Shown: one piece after another, positions 60,032-64,000 of the stretch
Numbering within the stretch: the first letter of the stretch is position 1
How the letters are laid out: every line of letters begins with the position of its first letter
Source of the DNA: an uncultured bacterium
Lineage (GTDB): Bacteria; Chloroflexota; UBA5177; JANWHV01
Length of the DNA: 64,000 nucleotides
Direction of reading: 5' to 3'
Assembly: GCA_963729625.1 (NCBI GenBank)
Contig: CAVSOU010000008.1
Location: 224,001-288,000 of the forward strand
The notes under the pieces: generated by a model
Database searches by the model: none
Seen by the model: only the letters and a program-made list of their open reading frames with translations
Told to the model about the DNA's origin: nothing
Translations under genes and position numbers: made by a program

Positions 60032-62458
60032 TCAGTTGTTCCCCAGGTAGAAGCCGCGGTAATCGGCCACCGCGCCGCCGTACTCGTGCCGCACCTTGTA
60101 CGTGATCATGTCGTTCGTGAAGTTGTTGCCGAACAGCGGCTGGTCCTGGATGAACAGCTGCGGATTCATCTGCCCGCCCACGAACCCGATCTCGATCGTG
60201 TCGATCACCCGCGGGTCCGCCACCAGCGCCCAGTATGTCGCGCTGGAAATCTGTGGCGCCACCATCACTTCGCAGTAGCCCAGCATCGGGTTGATGTCGT
60301 TGTAGCTGCCGCCCGGCGCGCCGGCCGACTTCGTGACCACCATCGCCGTCCACTCCAGCTCCGGCGGCACGATCAGGAAGCGCGGCTTGAGGCCGATCGG
60401 CTTGCTCGCCGCGTTCAGCTGCCGCCGCATCGCCGTCACCGCCGTCTGCATGGCACTGCTCGCCAGCGCCGTCCCCTGGTTCGCCGTGCCCAGGTTGGCC
60501 GTGGCGATGCCCGTGTTCACATGGTGCGTGATGTCGAACAGCTTGTATGAGTCGTAGATCGCGCTGCCGTTCGCCGCCAGCATCGTATACACGAACTCCG
60601 CCAAGGTGAAGGCCGCGGCCACCGCCAGCTTGCCCGGTATCTGCTTGATCGCGTAGAGGTCGTCATTGATGATCGTCTCGCGCGAGACCGACACCAGGTT
60701 GCCGCGCTTGGTCGGCGTATACGTGGCCTGCGTGTCCGACAGCGTGGCGTTCACATACGGCCCGTCCTCCGCCACCGTGGCCAGCGCCCCAAAAGCCCCC
60801 AGACGCACCCGCGTCTGCAGCTTGAAATCCTTGATCGGCGTCACCGTGCAGAACTTCTGCCACTCGGACGGCCATGCCTGGTAGTCCTTCAACAGCCGCT
60901 TGTTCATGCTGGTGCCCAGCAGGTAGCTGAAGGTGCTGGTAATCACCTCGTTCGCTTCCTGCAGCCGCACGGGGTCCGACACGCCGGTGATCGCGAAATC
61001 CTTGGTCGCCACCGTGTAGGCTTCACGAATGCCGGAGAGCGCCGGCACCTTCTCGCCTTCCTGCATGTCGAATAGCTGGTCGAACGCCTTCTGCAGCCGG
61101 TCGGCTTCCGTCATGGTCACGCTGATGTGCTTCTCGTAGCCCATGCCCCGGATCAGCCCGCCGGCCGTCAGCTCCGCCAGCACCGCGCGTTCCTCGTCGA
61201 TCGCCGCCGTCAGGTCCGCTTCCTGCACCACCTGCCCGGCGAAGCGCCGCGCCAGGCGCGCCTTGACCGCCGCCGGCAGTTCGCTCTTGCCCAGCGCGGT
61301 CTCCACCAGCCGCTCGCTTGCGAATACCGCGCGCTCCTGCCGCACCTGCTCCAGCAATCGCGCCACATCATCAGCCGCGCTGCCAGCCTCCCCTTCGCGA
61401 ATCACCTGGCTCGCGGCGACCACCTGTGCCGGCGGCGCCACCGGAGCCACCGTAGACGGCCCTTCGCCGCCGCCCGCCACCTGAGCGCTGCCAGTCTGCA
61501 CCACGTACGTCCCTCCCAACTGCACCTCACCGCCAGGAATCGCCTGGCCGATACTCGGACCCAGCTGCACCGGATTGATCTGCCCCGCCGGCACGGGTCG
61601 CTGTTGCGCCACGATCGACGCCCCGCCGGCAATCGCCTGCCGCGCCAACATCGCAGCCTCTTCGTTCAGCGGCTCGCACTGGTCCCACCAGGATTGCTTA
61701 TCCGCCTCCAGAATCTTCTCGAAGCTGCCGCCTGCCGAGGCCCTGGTGATCACATCCACACTGGCCAGACTGGTGATGTGCTCCACAATCCGGGCCCGCT
61801 TGCCGCCCACCTGTCCCTCGGCCACCTTGGCCTGCACGTCGATGGAGAGGCCGACCAGGTCGGTCCCTTCCTCCACGGACTCTTGAATCAGCGACCACAG
61901 CCAGTCCTGACTCTTGGAAATGCGCAAGGTGGCGCGCACCTCGCCGTCCTGCCCAACGCGAACCTTCTTGTAGCTGCCGGCCAGGTCGCGCACGCTGCGC
62001 AGCGTGGCGTCGGAATGATCGACGTAGGCGCGCGCCCCCTCGAACAACGGCACCGCCTCGGAGAGGCACTCGGGGCCGTAAAAATTCCCGTTCCGGCTCA
62101 GGCCCGGCCGGATGCACACCACCTCCACTTCCCGCTTATCCGTGGGCCCCAACGCACCCTCACGCAGGCTGATGCCAAAACGTATCCGCGACTCCATCAG
62201 CAGTCGATCCCCTCCTCCCGGCCAGTCCATGCCTTCGCTCTTGTACAGTGCGCGCAGCGCCTTGCCCGCCTCTTCCCGACCGGGCCCTTCGTACCGGTTG
62301 CCTCGATGGCCGCCAGGCGAGAACAGGGCGGCATAGGCCGCGCCCATCAGACCGTGGTCCGGCTTCCCATCCCGCCTCACGCGCAGGTGCCACGTGGACG
62401 GCTTCTCCGGGTCCTCCACCACCAGATAGTCCGCCGCGCCACCCGCATCCTCAGCCAC
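60032..62458 (-). CDS. Prohead protease/scaffold-major capsid fusion (Mu gpT-like head domain)
   Basis: IRPGLSRNGNFY...AYVDH...GLSIDV (protease); TSTFSYLL, DFK, VSRETIINDDL, IGLKPRFLIVPPELE, YKVRHEYGGAVADYRG (capsid). Confidence 0.88.
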   Translation of the reverse strand: MAEDAGGAADYLVVEDPEKPSTWHLRVRRDGKPDHGLMGAAYAALFSPGGHRGNRYEGPGREEAGKALRALYKSEGMDWPGGGDRLLMESRIRFGISLREGALGPTDKREVEVVCIRPGLSRNGNFYGPECLSEAVPLFEGARAYVDHSDATLRSVRDLAGSYKKVRVGQDGEVRATLRISKSQDWLWSLIQESVEEGTDLVGLSIDVQAKVAEGQVGGKRARIVEHITSLASVDVITRASAGGSFEKILEADKQSWWDQCEPLNEEAAMLARQAIAGGASIVAQQRPVPAGQINPVQLGPSIGQAIPGGEVQLGGTYVVQTGSAQVAGGGEGPSTVAPVAPPAQVVAASQVIREGEAGSAADDVARLLEQVRQERAVFASERLVETALGKSELPAAVKARLARRFAGQVVQEADLTAAIDEERAVLAELTAGGLIRGMGYEKHISVTMTEADRLQKAFDQLFDMQEGEKVPALSGIREAYTVATKDFAITGVSDPVRLQEANEVITSTFSYLLGTSMNKRLLKDYQAWPSEWQKFCTVTPIKDFKLQTRVRLGAFGALATVAEDGPYVNATLSDTQATYTPTKRGNLVSVSRETIINDDLYAIKQIPGKLAVAAAFTLAEFVYTMLAANGSAIYDSYKLFDITHHVNTGIATANLGTANQGTALASSAMQTAVTAMRRQLNAASKPIGLKPRFLIVPPELEWTAMVVTKSAGAPGGSYNDINPMLGYCEVMVAPQISSATYWALVADPRVIDTIEIGFVGGQMNPQLFIQDQPLFGNNFTNDMITYKVRHEYGGAVADYRGFYLGNN

Positions 62459-62586
62459 GTAACCAGCCCTCCACCATCACCCGGCCGGTGATTGCTTCTA
62501 TTTCACTAAAGTCAATCGGATTACTTGTATATACCCCACCATCACGCGGCCGCGGCCGGTGCGCTGCGCACACACCGAGGCCCGGC

Positions 62587-63264
62587 TCACAGCCCGTTAT
62601 CCTTGCCGAAGAAGCTGCCCACCGTGGGACCCAGCCGGAACAGCGTGTCCGCGTGCTCCGCGTTCACGAACGACGTGTCGCACGCTTGCGGCAGCAGTAA
62701 CCCATCCGGCTGGCCGATCACCAATACCCGCTTGAAGCGAGCCGCGTGCGCCTGGCTGTACCCGGACGTGAGCTGGTGCCGGCTGATCCACGCCAGCACG
62801 AACGGCAGCCTGCCGGCGCCGGGCTCGCGAAACAGCACGTATAGATTACGCCGGGGTACCCGCCCGAGCGGGTCGCCGACCAGCGGCGCCCGTTCCCGGA
62901 CAGGAGAGACGCCCCGCCTCCGCGCCGCAGTCGTCGACTGTCTGTCGATGACTGCGTTTCCGTCCACGTGGTAGTCGTCCTTCCCTTCCACCACCATCGC
63001 GCCGCCAGTCCAAATCAATCCGTATTCCCCTTCCCATTCGTTCCGGGACACGCCGCACAGCCCGCAAAGATCACAATCCCGCGCGTGCCACAGGCCATCC
63101 CCGGCTTGCCAAGGCGCCCACACGTGCCCATGCTCGCCACAGATGCTTTGGATCCGCGTCAGCGACGCGCTGTAGTCCAGCCCCAGCAGCCCCACATCAC
63201 ACCCGCCCAGCAAGCACCGCCAGATCTCCTCCGGCCAGCTGCTCGACGGTGCGCCCTTCACCAC
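62587..63264 (-). CDS. Hypothetical protein with Cys/His cluster
   Basis: CGEHGHVW...CDLCGLC; co-oriented with cluster. Confidence 0.45.
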   Translation of the reverse strand: MVKGAPSSSWPEEIWRCLLGGCDVGLLGLDYSASLTRIQSICGEHGHVWAPWQAGDGLWHARDCDLCGLCGVSRNEWEGEYGLIWTGGAMVVEGKDDYHVDGNAVIDRQSTTAARRRGVSPVRERAPLVGDPLGRVPRRNLYVLFREPGAGRLPFVLAWISRHQLTSGYSQAHAARFKRVLVIGQPDGLLLPQACDTSFVNAEHADTLFRLGPTVGSFFGKDNGL

Positions 63265-63668
63265 ACGCTCACCACCACGCCGTCAGCTGGATTCGCCGAA
63301 TCCATCAAGATCACCAGACATTGCGCGCCCGCCACCAGCAGGCCGGCGTCGATTGCCTTGTTCACCGCCAGCGGCCCCACCACATCGGCCTGCGCGCCCA
63401 ACAGCTGCACCCCCGCCGTGTTGCTGCCGGCGTCGTAGGACTGGATCACCCCCAGCTCGGACAGCTGCTCACCCAGCCGCGGGCCGGCCACCGCCCGCGA
63501 GACGGCCTTCTCCCGCGACCCGCTTGACCGTTCGCCGCGCGAGCCGGTCTCCGCGTGGCGCCTGGCGGCATGGTGCTCGACCGCCGTGTGCGTCACGCCG
63601 GCGTGGCGCGCGCTGTGCCCGCTGCCGCTGTGCCGGCTCCGCTCAATGACCTCCGCACGCGTGCTCAT
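63258..63668 (-). CDS. Hypothetical protein: His-rich N-terminus, OB-fold/spike-like C-terminus
   Basis: GVIQSYDAGSNTAGVQL...AGAQCLVILMDSANPADGVVVSVW. Confidence 0.55.
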   Translation of the reverse strand: MSTRAEVIERSRHSGSGHSARHAGVTHTAVEHHAARRHAETGSRGERSSGSREKAVSRAVAGPRLGEQLSELGVIQSYDAGSNTAGVQLLGAQADVVGPLAVNKAIDAGLLVAGAQCLVILMDSANPADGVVVSVW

Positions 63669-63934
63669 CGCGTCCCCCCGCACACCGAGCGTGCCGCGTG
63701 GCACGTGCCCACGTATTCCCGGCTGCGGTCCCACTGCACCATGCCGCGGTCCACGAGCCCGTTCACGAGCCGCACCAGCCGTTCCCAGTACAGGTGCGTG
63801 TCCGATGCCAGGTACCAGAAGCCCATCGGCGCGTGGTGCGCGTGCTCCCAGTCACGCACGGCGCGGATCACAGCCAGGTCCTCCGCCGTCGGCGTCCAGG
63901 GTAGGGGTTCGACTTCGACAAGCATCCTCACCAC
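63665..63934 (-). CDS. Small wHTH-like protein
   Basis: DLAVIRAVRDW...LVRLVNGLVDRGMVQWD; RBS AAGGAG. Confidence 0.5.
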   Translation of the reverse strand: MVRMLVEVEPLPWTPTAEDLAVIRAVRDWEHAHHAPMGFWYLASDTHLYWERLVRLVNGLVDRGMVQWDRSREYVGTCHAARSVCGGTR

Positions 63935-64000
63935 GGATCACTCCTTGCCCGCCGGCGGGTACCCGTGGGCCGCAGCCGGCACAGCACGGCCCGCACGCAC

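Noticed and set aside
1-64000. tRNA, rRNA and cas genes
   Set aside because: None recognised; the element integrates in a protein-coding gene, not a tRNA

Overview
High-GC bacterial window, probably from a monoderm such as Chloroflexota (inferred from gene content, not proven). 1-28 kb is host DNA: MFS/TetR, VapBC, TPR protein, lgt, M20 peptidase, amino-acid ABC transporter, serpin, a LacI-controlled sugar ABC operon and an S53 protease. 44.7-64 kb is a phage-like or GTA-like morphogenesis cluster on the minus strand: protease-major capsid fusion, adaptor and tail-like proteins, three SGNH proteins, ImuB, TerS-like protein and Flp pilin. The key observation is that this cluster's large terminase gene is split just after its Walker A lysine (MARQMGKN|ELSAELEAY) by a 15.2-kb serine-recombinase element (29484-44692). 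The element has a duplicated TC core and perfect 16-bp inverted arms, and excision restores a 489-aa ORF. It looks like a phage satellite: integrase, Xis/AlpA, primase-helicase plus iterons, no recognisable capsid or tail. It carries its own TerS and a two-gene TerL, so it disables the resident packaging motor and brings a replacement. It also has a two-repeat type I-E-like mini-CRISPR behind an HTH gene and small ORFs. A short mobile palindrome family, partly inside coding sequences, is scattered through the right half. All protein-family assignments are from motif recognition; no database searches were run.
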